A stretch of 64,000 nucleotides of DNA from Dicyema japonicum (taxonomy: Eukaryota; Animalia; Dicyemida), in the NCBI GenBank assembly GCA_011109175.1, contig RDEW01000020.1:304514-368513 (forward strand). The letters are read 5' to 3'. Both the position numbers and the translations under genes were made by a program. This document shows, piece after piece, positions 28,447 through 41,574 of the stretch. Position 1 is the stretch's first letter, and each line of letters begins with the position of its first letter. Below the pieces are notes generated by a model, which did no database searches, was not told the origin of the DNA, and was given only the letters and a program-made list of their open reading frames with translations.

Positions 28447-29448
28447 TCAATCATCGATATTACTAAATTTTTCCTCTTCACGAAAGTACCCAATTTCACT
28501 CGAGCATCTAATCCTTTTATTAAAAAGGTTATTATATTTTCCCCCCTTCAACCTATTCTTTGAATTCCCGCAGGCCACTCCAGACTTATCGTCATCTAAA
28601 GTCTGTTCACTAATAGTGTTTTCCTCTCCATCCACCACTAACGTGGCATCCTTCTGCTTTCTGAGAAGTGTCTGATATTGTAGAGTAACCCGGATGTTTG
28701 AAAAATTTTTGAATAAAGTGCCAACGTAAATGTACATCATTAAGAAAGCCGACCATTCGAAAAAAGCTGTTGTGCTGAGGAGAATCTAAACTATGACATA
28801 TCCGTACATTTGTCCTCGCTGTGCAATATATAATAAACCGTAGACAAAAAACTAATTTAAACAACGAAAATACACAAAATGATGGCCAAAACGAAAAATG
28901 ACGTCAATATGATCTGCAATCTGCAATGGAACTCTGAAAAATGATATGGATGTAGTTTGTAGATAATCACAGTCATTAACGACATAGAAACTGCAAGGAA
29001 CCCAAATCCTATCAATCCGCCAATCCGATGGACTGATATGATAGATTTCTAAGAAATAAACTTTTGGTACTTCAAAATTGACTATAACAAGTAGTCCCAC
29101 CACGCAGATCAGAAAAAAGACAAGGCTAAATAAATTAAGTGTGTTTTTCTGTCCTCTTTTCTGTAGAAAAATCCTTATAAGGTCATATTGGATATAGAAA
29201 ATCAGAATGTCTAAAAGTTATAAACAAGGTTACTCAATGAGATTGATATATTCATGAAAAGTGAGAAAAACGAACTTTCAGGGCGATTTATGTAAAAATC
29301 ACTAGAATTTTGATGTTTAGTATTACCTAATGTATGGAATCAATGGTAAACTGTCTGCAGAGTCATCAAGTTCCTTCCAAAATACAGTGCCGACAATTCC
29401 TATGAAACCACATAAAATTGATGTTATAATTAAAATATTAGGATTCAT
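28447..29448 (-). CDS. DRAM/TMEM150 (Frag1/DRAM/Sfk1) family membrane protein; 6 exons, intact
   Basis: Spliced protein has IPYISD..PESSFFS..MN, GLLVIVNFE, VH.IGG..GF and TAFFEW; five introns of 22-25 nt. Confidence 0.85.
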
Positions 29449-29539
29449 TATATTTGGGTCAATGTTTATTATTACGATATTTAATTTCCATTTTAATAAT
29501 TAATTTTGTTTTAGAAATATAATTTTTTAAATGATCAAT

Positions 29540-31830
29540 TTATCACGGGAAACCCGGTGAACTCGAGGAATTCTACTCAGAACTATCAAGCACATACTCT
29601 AACAATGCTTCCTCGTCTCTTGTCTTTGTTGCGGGAGATATGAATGCAAAGGCCGGAATGCGAATGGGGCCCGAAGAATCCTCTATTGGAAGATACGGGC
29701 GCGGAAGGAGAAATACATCTGGAGCCTCTCTGGTAAACTTCTGCGAGGCAAATAGCCTTTTCCTGTGCAACACGGCCTTTGCGCATCAGCTTGCCACAAG
29801 ACGACGTGGCACGGACAAAGAAAAAACTCTGTCTGAGAGACCGTGAATATATATAATCACATCGACTACATTATCTGCCGAAAGTCTGATAAACACCTGA
29901 TAAATGATGCACGTTCCTACCAGGGAACAACAACCGACAGCGACCACAGGATCGTCATTGCAAAACTTTGTGTAAAAAAGCACCTGACAGGGAAAAAATA
30001 CATTGAAAACGCGAAGAAGGCGAGACAAAGACCCAATATATACTTTCAGATAGAAAAATTGTGGTTAGAGCCAAATTGTAGAGCTAAATATCACGAACAA
30101 ATCGAGACTCTTATAGTGAAAACCGCACCGGAATCATCAGTACGAACTCTGTGGGATCAAACAAAACAGGCAATCTCCAAGTCGGCCAAAATATGCCTTG
30201 GAGTCCGAAATCATCACGCCCTAAAATTGGATCACCACCCGAACGTGCCAGATATGGCAAAGCATCGCAGAGAGCAACGGCTAAAAGCGGCAAAACATCA
30301 GACGATAGTAAAAAAATGAGATTAATATCCAACAAACGGAACTAAGATAGAAAATCAAAAAGATAAACAGAAAACACTCACGGGAAATTATTACATCCCT
30401 ATTAAAAGATGTAGATTGCCTAAAGGACAATTCAAGAATGTATGCGGCTTTGCGGCTGCTGCGGACAAAGAAAAGACAAAACACCCTTCACATCAAAGAC
30501 AAAGATGGAAAAATCGTGGGTAACCCGGAAGAAAAAGCAGAATCGATTGCACGACACTTCGAAACACTGTTGAATAAAGAAAATAAACTTTCCCCCTTTC
30601 CAGGGAGAAGCAAAGGCGCTAAAAATTCCAATCACAGTGGAAGAGGTGGAATTAGCGATAAATAAACTGAAGAATAACAAGAGTGCTGGGTCGGACAACA
30701 TAAGCCCTGAGCTCCTAAAATATGGACCAAAAAACTTAGCGACACAATTGCAAAAACCCTAAATGACGTCTTTGAAACTAATACCGATCTAGGACTTGGA
30801 AATGGATTATTAATACCCATACAAAAACCGAACAAATCAATAGGACCAGTAGAAAATCTCCGCCCGATAATACTTCTGAATTCGATACGCAAGGTGATGA
30901 CAAACATTGCACTAAGCCGGATAAAGGGTGTGGCGGATCTATACCTACCAGCAAGTCAAAGTGGGTTCCGAGAAGGGAGGTCTACGGCAGACATTGTATG
31001 GAGCCACAGATGGCGCTGCGCAACGCACCAAAGATTCAAGAGCGCAACAACCGTGTTGGGAATAGATCTCTCCAGAGCTTTCGATTCAATAAACAGACAG
31101 AAACTGATGAATGTGCTTGAGCAAATATTGGATGAATCGTCGGTTAGGATAATCAGACAACTACTTGCGAACACAAGACTATCTGTGAGGACAGAAGGAG
31201 CAACTTCCCGCAGTTTCAAAACAACGATTGGGACATCCCAGGGTGATTCCCACTCCCCTTTACTATTCACCATATAACTTGAATCTGCACTCCGCGACCT
31301 CCGTAAATGCTATATAGGAGACATAGAAGAGACATCTTATGCGGATGATGTGGATTTTGTATCACGGGATGTGACCGCATCCAACACCTGCTAGAAAATG
31401 CACCTGCGGAGCTTGAGAAATGGTTTCTCAGCGTAAATGTTAACAAAACTGAAATTACAGAAATCAAAAGAGAAGACGATATTACTCATGAAAGATGGAG
31501 ACGTACTAATAAGCTCGGCTCTCTACTAGGAGACGCTGAAGATGTACTAAGGAGGAAAACACTGGCAAATACGGCAATGGCTAAACTGAAGAAAGGATGG
31601 CTAAGGGCCAAAGGACTTGGAATTGACATCAGATGCAGGCTTTACAACGCGTTTGTGAAACCGATCTTACTGTATAACGCTGGGACATGGGGAAGTTCCT
31701 TAAACGAACTATTGAAACTGGATTCGTTCCATAGAAGGCAACTAAGAAGCTTACTCGGAATGGATTTGCCAAGTAGAATATCAACCACTGGTATCTACAA
31801 CAAGTGTATGTGTTCATACATCAGCACTTA
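29540..31830 (+). mobile_element. RTE-clade LINE (APE plus RT), frameshifted
   Basis: VAGDMNAK, HIDYII, TDSDHRIV, QSGFREGRST, GIDLSRAFDS, QGDSHSPLLF, YADDVDF. Confidence 0.93.
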
Positions 31831-33100
31831 AAGGGGTCTCCTGATCATGTAGAATTCCGATTCCATAAACGCAGGTGCAAGGGAATTATAAATCTCAACG
31901 GAGAGTGGATCACACAAAAAATCATATGGTAGGACCCCGAACTTTGCCCGCTTCAATTTCTTGGCCTTTTCAGCCGCCGAAAATGCTCTAGTAACATTCT
32001 GCAGTAGGTCGCAAAGGGCAAACTTTTCGGTGCAGGTGACGTTTCAGACAAGACGTTTCCCGGCTTCGAAAAGTAAGATGGTTATCCAACCTGGTCGTTT
32101 CCTGTCACACTTTAAAGAACAACTGGCTTGAGCATGGAGCGGTGTCCGGCGGCGTCCAAACCTCCCCTAACGACTTTGTTCAAGGCAATATGTCTGTGAG
32201 ATTTGTTTGCACTCTTCCTGCAGAAGAAAGGGTGTAGGCAAAATCAGTCGACCTGGTCTCCGCATTGGCACGGACTTTTAACACAAATTTTTAATTTCAG
32301 TCGTAATGAAATCCCAGATGCATTCATCATCACTAAAGGTACCCATAACTGCGTCGAGCCAGGGACCGATCTCGGAAATTGCTCCGGACAACAAACAGGC
32401 ACTACTTATGTTGGTTAGCTGACATTAGTAGATCTTTTAAAGACTTCGGCATGTAGCATCGTCCAGATCCTGTTGAGAGAACATAGATGATTGGGAAAAC
32501 TGATAGGTACGGCTTCAGGCCTCATGGGAATGACCGATGTATAGTCAGTAGAGAATTTAGAGGAGTAGTAGAATTTTTTTGAGTGTTTAGGCTATTAGCG
32601 ACAGGAGATATGCAGGGAGAGAAATGTCTACAGGGTTGCAAATTCCAAGCACTCCGTGTCTGACATGCAATGTGACCTGCTTCCATGAGTATTCCTCAAA
32701 TCCTACGTTGAAGATATGCTCCGGTGTCATACGCAAAATCTCGTCAATCTGTGCTAATTGGTCACAATTTATAAAATATAGTGCTCTCCTGACAGGACTT
32801 AAATTATCAACTCCAAATCGTAGAAAACAGCAGTGACGGTCCTTCGAATACCCATCATCCATATACCATAGGTTGAGGGGTAAGCGAAGAAGTTTGGTGA
32901 TTCGATTTATTCAGAAGAACGGGGCTCCAAGAAGGAACCAAAGCGTTTTGCTGCCCGGAGTAAATGTATGATAATGTTACTTTTCTAATTAACTTACAAA
33001 ATCGGGACTAAATAAATCAATGATGATCAAAGAACTTTACAGGCGCTGATTTGACATCGAAGACCTCGAATCTGTCTGTAAGCCATTGTAACATTACTAT
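31830..33100 (-). mobile_element. CRE-like LINE, RT C-terminus and RLE, degenerate
   Basis: LPVRHGVLGI, HIALNKVVRGGLDAAG and KRPGWITILL remnants; related to 52330-53000. Confidence 0.65.
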
Positions 33101-33367
33101 AGTTATTATGGGGCGATAAATTATTGACAGGGGTGAAATGTTAAATTTTTTGTTGAAAGGGATGGGAGAATTTTGTCCATCCAAGAATAAATTTTGTCGA
33201 TTTGTTCTTGCAGGACGAAAGAAGTGGCGAGAGTTAATGATGATATATTAAGCAAAAGAAAGAAATTTGTCTATGTTTGTCGGTAACTTTGTTAGATGAA
33301 AATTAAACAACGCTGGAGATAGTACCGAACATTGAGGAACGTTGTTTGGATGGTATCGATAATGATA

Positions 33368-33671
33368 TTATTAATATTAACAGCCTTTTATTGCTTCGCA
33401 TAGTCAGGAAAATTTATTTAAGTAAATAACAGTTAATTTTAATTAATCGTAGAACCAAGGAATGATCTTCAATTCTAGATTTCTTTTTCTTGTGTGTGGG
33501 TCTTTTCTAGACTATCCAGAGTCGCAGTGAGTATCCACTGATGACGGCGTCACTCGTAAACCCTTTTGCATCGTAGATGCTTGGAACCTTCCATTAGGAG
33601 AAAAGCAGCGAGAATCGAACCCGTAACCTAATTCATTTTGGTTCGACATCTAGCCAATATGCCACACAGAT
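33368..33671 (-). mobile_element. tRNA-derived SINE, second full copy
   Basis: Box A TGGCATATTGG and box B GGTTCGATTCT on the minus strand; TSD ATAATGATA; collinear with 8297-8625. Confidence 0.88.
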
Positions 33672-33689
33672 ATAATGATAGTATGTTGA

Positions 33690-34620
33690 CATAATAAAAA
33701 AACGACCCATTATAAATGAAAGGATTCAACCATAATTTCAAACAGGATGTGATATTCGTAGAAAGAATTTTACTGCTCAGAACGTGTCTGGATGTCCAGT
33801 CGAAAGCTTTGTTGATATCATTAGTAATAATTGTTATTTCCGGAAGTTTATATTGAATCCACCGGAAATAAATTGCAGTTTAGAATATGGGTTGAAGTCG
33901 AGTGCCAACACTAAAGCCACGTGGAGGTTAGATAGATTTGGATGATAAATTCCATTCATTGCTCTTGTATTTTAAGAATAGGTCGTCAAATCGTTTATTG
34001 ATTTCAGAAAGATGTTTTATCTACTAGATTGTTAAATGATTTTTATCTGAAAAATGATTTTTGTCTATTTCAGCTCGTAATTTGGTAGCAACACCAGGAT
34101 GTCGTCCAACCATATTTGGTGTTTCATCGTTACACAAAAAACAAGCTTTTTGAAATCAAAACCATAGTCAAAGAGAATTTGTAGTAGTTTTACAAAGATA
34201 TATTATTTAGAACCACAGGATCACAGAGAAAGAAATACAGAAAAACGTAAGAATTTTGGAAAAAGATAATCTAATCGAGTTTCTGTCCTTCTTACAGATC
34301 CGAATGAATCAGGTTCCGCGGCTACGGGTGCATTATCGACAACATCGAGTGTTTCATTGTTAATAATTAAAAAATTATTAAATTTAAACAATTCAGACTT
34401 TAATTGGTGTTTCAAAATCAAAGACATTTTATAACAGTGTTTCTAGTTAATGAAATATCGTTAAAGTAGTGAGCGTTTTCTGGAAAAAATTATTGTTGTT
34501 TTTACAAGGCATTGCTTGATGAAATCACCATCGCAATATGATTTTTCATTAATTGCAAGCATTCTGCTTTTTTCATAGCTAGCAGTAACTGATGAGCGCT
34601 TCGATTGTGATTTTTAATGA
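33690..34620 (-). mobile_element. hAT (GTF2IRD2/SPIN-like) transposase remnant
   Basis: NDETPNMVGRHPGV resembles TDGAPxMVG; heavily decayed. Confidence 0.45.
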
Positions 34621-34627
34621 TTATTAT

Positions 34628-35624
34628 CGTAGAGCTACCTCCAGATAAATAATAAACAACATCGGGGATAATGGATTCCCTTAAGAGGTACCAATTGTCG
34701 ATTCAAATGTCCTCGATAAAGTTTTTTTATTTTAAAAATTTCAATTTTCTTGTTGCCCTAGTAATAACACTGCCATTAAACTAAGCAGTTAAACAGACAT
34801 TACCGGACTATTCGAGACATCTGCTATCAGTACATCGTCCACGTAAATAAACATTATTTATTTTTAAAATTGCAATTTTCTTAGTGATAACACTGACATT
34901 AAGCTAAGCAGTTAAACCAGTGTTTCCCAAACTTTTTGAGAGCACGAACCTAATCGACATTTTTCATTTTAAACAAAACCCTTATATAGTTTTTAACAAT
35001 TATCAGTATTTTACTAATATAAAAAAATAAAATGCTAGTTATTGAGATAGCTGAGGCTGATGTCACTTGCATAGATCTAATATTTGGCCTTGTCTTGACA
35101 GGGGTAATCGTAGGTCTTCCACATACAGTAGGTCGCGCGTTTTTTATACTTTATATTTGCTAATTCAGAAAATCCACTTTCAAAGAGATAAGTCGTTGAA
35201 AACTGGACAGAAACTCCCCAAGCTTTGTTAGCCAGAATAAGATATTCTTTTTTTACAATCAGTTAAAACGAATCAATATCAAGCTGTAAATATTCCATTC
35301 TTAACGTTCTGTCACTTGAAACAAACATGTTCTACTTTTTTTACTGAAGCTCGTTCTAGTTATTTCTTACTCACCAAAAGATCCCTCACCCACTCATAGT
35401 GTTCAACTGACTGGGTGAAAATAATTATTCGTACATGTAAATATTGACTCAAAATGGTCTACAATATGTGGAATATTTCTTTAAAAATTCTTTGTTGCAC
35501 ATGAGGGAACACTTCCAAGATTCCATTCGTAATATGTCGATTCTATATTTGTAGTTTTTTTTCAGAAAAGCAGCTATTTTTACGCGCAACTCAATAGATT
35601 TTCATTTCTTCCTTGCATCTGCTA
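34628..35624 (+). repeat. Duplicate of the RTE fragment, flank and left arm of the Buster hAT
   Basis: Matches 18413-18505 and 18980-19802 including the flank and TSD, so it was copied segmentally rather than by transposition. Confidence 0.9.
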
Positions 35625-35639
35625 CAATTAACCAAATCG

Positions 35640-36700
35640 TCAGTTTGTTTTGGAATCGCCTTTCATCACTTAAATTATCTAAGTCATAATGTGATATAAG
35701 TATGAATTATTGAATTTATTCTCATAATTTTTCGATATCTTTCGAAAGGACTTTCGTTAGAAAATGAATGGACCGATATGTTATAACTGTAGACAGTACT
35801 ATCTAATTTATCAAGCCACTTTTTTTCACTGTTATCCAGCATTTTTGACAACTTCCTCGTGATCGTCTGATTAATTCTTTCGACAATTCCTTGTGCTCGT
35901 GGATTGTCAGGCCTTCCTTGAATTTGCTTAATGTTAAAATTTTCGCAAAGTTTTCTTATTTCTTGATTTTTAAATTCAGAACCATTGTCCGACTGAGGAA
36001 ATTTTACATGGCCCATTCAGGCGGAACAAAGATCTTAAGTTTTCACATACTTCTTTACCAGACTTATTATAGAGTGATCGTAAAAAAGCGAATCTATAAA
36101 TTAAAAAAACAAACCTACTATATATGTCAATGACCGTTAAATTCCATTTGAAATTTTCATTTAATGTTGAAAATTTCATGTCTATTAGATCCACCTGAAA
36201 ACGTTCATTTGGAGAAGAAGCAAACACATGGTGATTTATATCTCCAATCTACAATTAAAAAAATCACGAACTTTTAAAGGACGCGAAAATTTGCAGACTT
36301 CAAAATTTCGAATGACTTTTCTGACATTCTTGACAGTGAAGTATCTTTGTCGACATTCATACGCAATTTCATTGACTCCTCCGTGTGAAAACTCGTGCAA
36401 CGATTTCGCAACATGCTCCATTTCGGTTTCATTATCCAGGGATATGACTAACTTGGAATCAATTGATTTAAGATACAGTGTAAAATTATTGCAAATTTAC
36501 AATACCTGTCATTAATAAAGGAAAAATTCTCTATCTTCTTTACAAGCCTATATTTTCGGTGCCTCGGAAGATTTTCTGGAAATTTATCATGCAAAGCATC
36601 TTTTAAAGTTTGATATTCAACGCAATCTTTCATAAAACCCTTGTAAGAAGCCATTGCAACAAAATAATCTTCCATGCTATAAATCACGCTAGAAATCTAG
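35640..36700 (-). mobile_element. Ginger/KRBA2-like standalone rve integrase, frameshifted
   Basis: H..SHGG...C zinc-binding region, ERFQVDLIDM, VIDIYSRF, QSDNGSEF, PRAQGIVERINQT; no RT or LTR seen nearby. Confidence 0.8.
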
Positions 36701-36879
36701 GTTTACCGCTATAAAAAATAAAATCTTTATAATCATAACATTTATGAATAAAAAACTAATTTAACAGGATTAAATTACAAAAAATGTAGCAGTATGCCCA
36801 TGCCGATGTGACATATTATACTACATTTTTTTGAGATTAAAATAGACCTATCTGCATTACGCCGCATTTGCATTTATTA

Positions 36880-37488
36880 CAAAGGTTTGCATCAGAGATC
36901 TTCTCTTCATCTCTAGGCCAGTTAATCTTGATTACCGATTTGAGCTGAGCTCTTTGGAAAGAGTCAAGACTGTCCATTTCTTGTTTAGAGATTCCCTAAA
37001 TCCCAGAGTTGTAGGTTAGTACCTGGATGAAAAAGCTTTGTATATTCTACCCTGGTGTTTAGTCCTATCTTATTTTTGTGGCTAGGTCGTATACCAGTTG
37101 GAGCTTCTTGTGCGGTTGTTTAAGTCCTCTGCAATTGAAAGTTCCCAGAGTGAACGGAGAAGTCGGTAAAGAATACAAATAAGACATTGTGAATTAGAGA
37201 TGTCGTCAACACCTCAACCAAAAATATGATTTTTTCAAATCAAACAGGACCCGGATTTCGCGGAAGGTCAGAACGACACTTTCGACGATCTTGAACGAAG
37301 ACCTATCCTCGGTTGGTATGAGAATAACTTCGGCGGACGATCTGGACTACCTAAGAGAACTAGCGCGCAACAGAAGATCATGGTCGAGGCTGACGGAGAG
37401 GATGATTAGGAATAGGGCACAAGGGAAACTTAACTAACTTATGTTTTCTCGGGATTACTTTTAATAATAAAAATAATAATAATAATTT
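36880..37488. mobile_element. RTE 3' fragment with an inverted 5' segment
   Basis: 36880-37140 minus reads ISKQEMDSLDSFQRAQLK; 37140-37488 plus reads LDYLRELARNRRSW and ends in (TAA)n. Confidence 0.6.
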
Positions 37489-37890
37489 CAGCATTACTGG
37501 TGATTAAAATTGACCCGTCATGCTTACATAAATATTGGAAACCACTAAATTATGCATAGTAAAAAAGACTAAATAACAGAAATTAAAACTAAAAAGTAAA
37601 AAAGTGCAGATTGTAGAATTCATTTTACCATCCACAAGAACTCCAGGAAATAAGTGCTAGTACAAACTTGTTAGTTAACCGCGACATTTCCGATGTCCTC
37701 ATGAAAGTCTGATTTTTTCCGAAAATTCAAATTTCTGTGATTTCAAGACTCAACATGAATTAAACTCAATTTTAATAAATTTAATGATTATTTGTCAATT
37801 ATATGGGCGGTTAACCAAAATGAATTAAATACGGTAAATTTAGAATATAAATAGAGTTTGTTTGCTTTTGACAATAATCGAGCGTTATCA

Positions 37891-38473
37891 ATGAGTAATC
37901 CGATTGTTGATGGGAAATATGAGTTCACTGGGACATTGAGAGTTCCATAAACAAGCAAATCAACAATGAACTGACTGCTTTCTACATTTACATGAATTTG
38001 GTTGAATAATGAACTTATAGATAGAGCAATTACTTCAGCCAAGTGACTGTGAGCTACCCTGGGGCTGCAAAGTACTTTGAGAAGAAATCCGCGGAGGAGT
38101 TGGAGCATGCTAAACGATTCATGGACTACCAAATCAGAAGAGGTGGAGCTGTCTCACTAAAAAAGATTGATGTCAGTTTTATTAATGATAAATAGGGGAT
38201 TCAATCCAAGTCTCTTAATATTTACGATGCCTTGATGATCGCTTATGATGCTGAACGTCAAATCACTTCAGAGATTTATAACATGTCGACTTTGGCACAG
38301 AATAGTAATGATGTTGACGTTTACTTTGGGTTAATCTGTAGTTTGAAAATTTCATTGCTGAATTCATTAAGGAACAAATTGACGATATCTCCCAGCTGGC
38401 CAAATTGATCGCTCAATGCGGAAGATGTGAGACTGAATCGGATCGGATGTACTTCGATAGGCATCTCAGTTAA
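37891..38473 (+). CDS. FTH1: Ferritin, second copy (one G missing in a G run in exon 1)
   Basis: Appears otherwise identical to 15689-16272; ACTGGGAC here versus ACTGGGGAC. Confidence 0.85.
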
Positions 38474-39820
38474 TTATGGACTAATTCTCTAACCTTAACG
38501 TTACTAACATTTCTTGATTTCTCTAACTTTACTGTTGTCTTTGTTTTCAACTCACTAAACTCATATTTGAGTATCACAAAGAAATTCAGATAAGACAAGT
38601 CATATTCTCACCAGATTTGGAAGTTTATAGTATACAAATAGACACGTTGGTAGTCCTAGTTGTCTGCAATCATTTATATTCCTAACGCTAACAAAGATTG
38701 TTTTCACAATATCTTATAATTGTCATAGTTAGTGCTAATAAAACTGTCTCTTAACAGTTTGATTTTTTAATGTCTATGTTTAAATAGAAGATTAATCGAT
38801 GATTGTCGTTATGAGTAGTGCAATTGATATTTCATCACTTAGAGTGACATTATCGCTGTGATTATTTTTAAATATCTTTTGTAATTGGGTTAATCAAATG
38901 TCTAATGATAGAAAATTGTTTTTGTCGTTTTATCCACTGTGTGGTAGATTGGTTGAATAATAAAATTGTTGAAACACAAAGGGACTAAAGGAGTATTTAT
39001 TACCTTATCTCTTCTAAAAAATTCTTAATCATTTTTGTGATCTAAATAGAGGAAAAATTCTTAATAACAACCAGAAATATGTGGATTTTCACACCAGAAT
39101 CAATCAATGTAGGATTTAATAAACATTAGGTGTAAAATAGTTCTTCTAAAGTAGAAAGTTATAAGATCAAGTCACCAGTCAGAATCAATAAACTATATCA
39201 TCATGACACAGATCTCTGATAGTTGTTACAATTTCTCGTCATTTATTGTCAAATAAAACACAAAATACAATGACGTTTGAAGGGTTGGAGAGAGTTTTCA
39301 ATCTTCTGATTTTTTCCAAATCTTCTGCATAAATTCTTAATATAAATCCTACAATGTCATTGTGTCTCTAATAATAATCTGAATTGTGGACTCTATTGTA
39401 TTTAGTTACAAAGTGATCCACTGTTTTACTCGACCTTTTTACTGTGGGGACATTTTGAATTAGGACATCTGAAAAAAACATGTTTGTCAAGAAGAATGGA
39501 AACATAGCTTCAGACTCTCTTATGCAACGTTAGAATGTTGAATATCTAAAGCATGGGTGTCAAACTCATTTCGCTATGAGGGTCGCAATTATATTTTATT
39601 TCTCATATTAATACAAGTTGCTGGTTAATGGTTGTTGTTGATAAGAACCAAATCTATCGGATTATGCGGACTTTTGTGCCGAATTGAGTAAAGAATACCC
39701 AAATCGGATGGCAACCCGGGTGAAGAGGAAACGGATGGGTTTCATTAAAATAGGAATCTCTAAGGGAAATGAATATTTGAATCATAATTATGTTAGTATG
39801 TGAATTATTAATTGTTAATT

Positions 39821-41563
39821 TTAACTGGTCGATTCGCAGTCTATCATCTGAAAAGAACTAATTTCACCAAATGCTACCTCCATTTCAGTTATAGGAGATA
39901 TCGTGGTAGTTCTAGTTGTGGTCTTGGGAGTTGTAGTAGTTGTTTTGGGTGTTCTAGTAGTCGTCTTGGGAGTTGTCGTAGTTGTAGTAGTTGTTGTGGG
40001 TGTTCTAGTAGTCGTCTTGGGAGTTGTCGTAGTTGTAGTAGTTGTTGTGGTAGCTCTAGTAGTCGTCGTGGGAGTTGTTGTAGGAGTCGTAGATCTAGTG
40101 GAAGCTCTAGTAGTCGTCTTGGGAGTTGTAGGAATCGTAGTACTCGTAGGAATTAGCTTGAATGTAAAAATAAAATACTGTTTTGCAGATTACAGCGATT
40201 CGTACTTTGGCTAACATATAACACCATTTGGAGGAATATATAAAGTTAATAAGCCCCGGACTACGTAAAATATTATTAGTACGTTGTAGCCAAACATCTC
40301 ACCAACGTATAACCAGTAGGACAAGTACCGGTAACCAAGTTTGAGTATTTTGACGAAGGTTCAAAGTATTTGGTCACTAATTGATATTTTGGGACAGGAA
40401 GACAAGTAACGTAATTCTAAAAATAAACATAAACAAACACATAAATTTCTATCGCTCCTACAGTATCCCTCATAGTAAAGAGGATTCGAGTTGATGGCGA
40501 AACAGTTTTCCATAGCATACCCTTCGGGACATTTCTGCGGAATCGTCGATATCGTCGGAACAGTTTTTGGGACTGAATTACAACTAAAAATACGTATTGC
40601 AATTCCGAGGACGGTTACGCCTCTAATTGTTGTTTTAGACTGACAATTTTTATCCAATAATTTGAGTACCCGATCAAAACTTATCCTATAATTCTAAAGA
40701 TAATTTCCAGGTGAACCTCACATGTATTGAACATCCTGAAATGAAGGAGTCGTATTTCTTGGTAGCCAATTCCGCCTGATTGAGCAGTCTCCCCACAACC
40801 TGAGTATTGACTGTACATTCAGCATAGAACAGATTCAATTTATAATTTTACTGAAAATATTTTACGACGACGTTTATATATTCCGATGCACGAGTTTCCA
40901 GAAACGTATGATGATATTCGATTTCCAAGTTGCTGAAGCATGCAAACCTTCATAACATAGTTTGGTGGACAGGTAATCCGCGCTACTGATTTTCTCGTTT
41001 TCAATAATTTCCTATATATGGCATTTTCTGAAAGTTGAGATAACAGACATACTGCGACAAGTGACCTCAAATGTGACAGCATGTGATCTTCCTTTTGATA
41101 CCAATTCACATTTATTGTCTTTTATTGTAACCGTATATTTATCGTATGGACTCATCCTTCGTTTACATCAGGAAAATCAACCAGTTGTGAATCCTACAAT
41201 CTGTGAGCACTGTCCCACTAGGACACGTGAGTATACCACTCTTGGCAAATCTTCTGCATACCGTTACCACGTAATCAGATATAGGTAAACACGTGGCGAT
41301 GGCCTATTAATTATTAAATACTCCACATTGGTTATTCCCTTCCATTGCTTCTTACTTGGCATAGGTTACCCTGAACGTATGATCCGTCGGAATAATATTT
41401 ATTTTTAGAACGGCAGTTGGAAATATGGGTATTCAATGGACAAAATGCTGTAGATATTTTTTTCTTAGTTTTTACTGGTCTTCCAAATTTGGAATGATTA
41501 TCACGAACTTTGTTTATTATTAAAATTACTAGCAAACAACAATAGAATCCCTAGCATTAACAT
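39821..41563 (-). CDS. Secreted protein: signal peptide, about six 4-Cys resistin/PCSK9-CHRD-like modules, Thr/Pro mucin tail
   Basis: MLMLGILLLFA start; many tiny introns; recurring CP..(Y/T)...C ... C ... (A)IAxC modules; TTTPKTTTRTP repeats. At least one frameshift; some splice sites uncertain. Confidence 0.7.
39900..40150 (-). repeat. Thr-rich coding tandem repeat (TTPKTTTR units)
   Basis: Repeated GTAGTCGTCTTGGGAGTTGT on the plus strand; the Val-rich and Ser/Cys-rich plus-strand ORFs are its shadows. Confidence 0.9.
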
Positions 41564-41574
41564 TTCAGCCACCC

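Larger units (their letters stand above)
26678..29530 (+). repeat. Segmental duplication (copy at about 38936-44985, which retains two extra internal segments)
   Basis: 26678-27120 matches 38936-39380; 27125-28315 matches 41422-42603; 28345-29530 matches 43790-44985; many substitutions. Confidence 0.92.

Noticed and set aside
33600-33671. tRNA gene
   Set aside because: A and B boxes only, no intact cloverleaf; it is the head of a SINE with TSDs.
39812-40214. Val-rich and Ser/Cys-rich plus-strand ORFs
   Set aside because: Antisense shadows of the Thr-rich mucin repeat.
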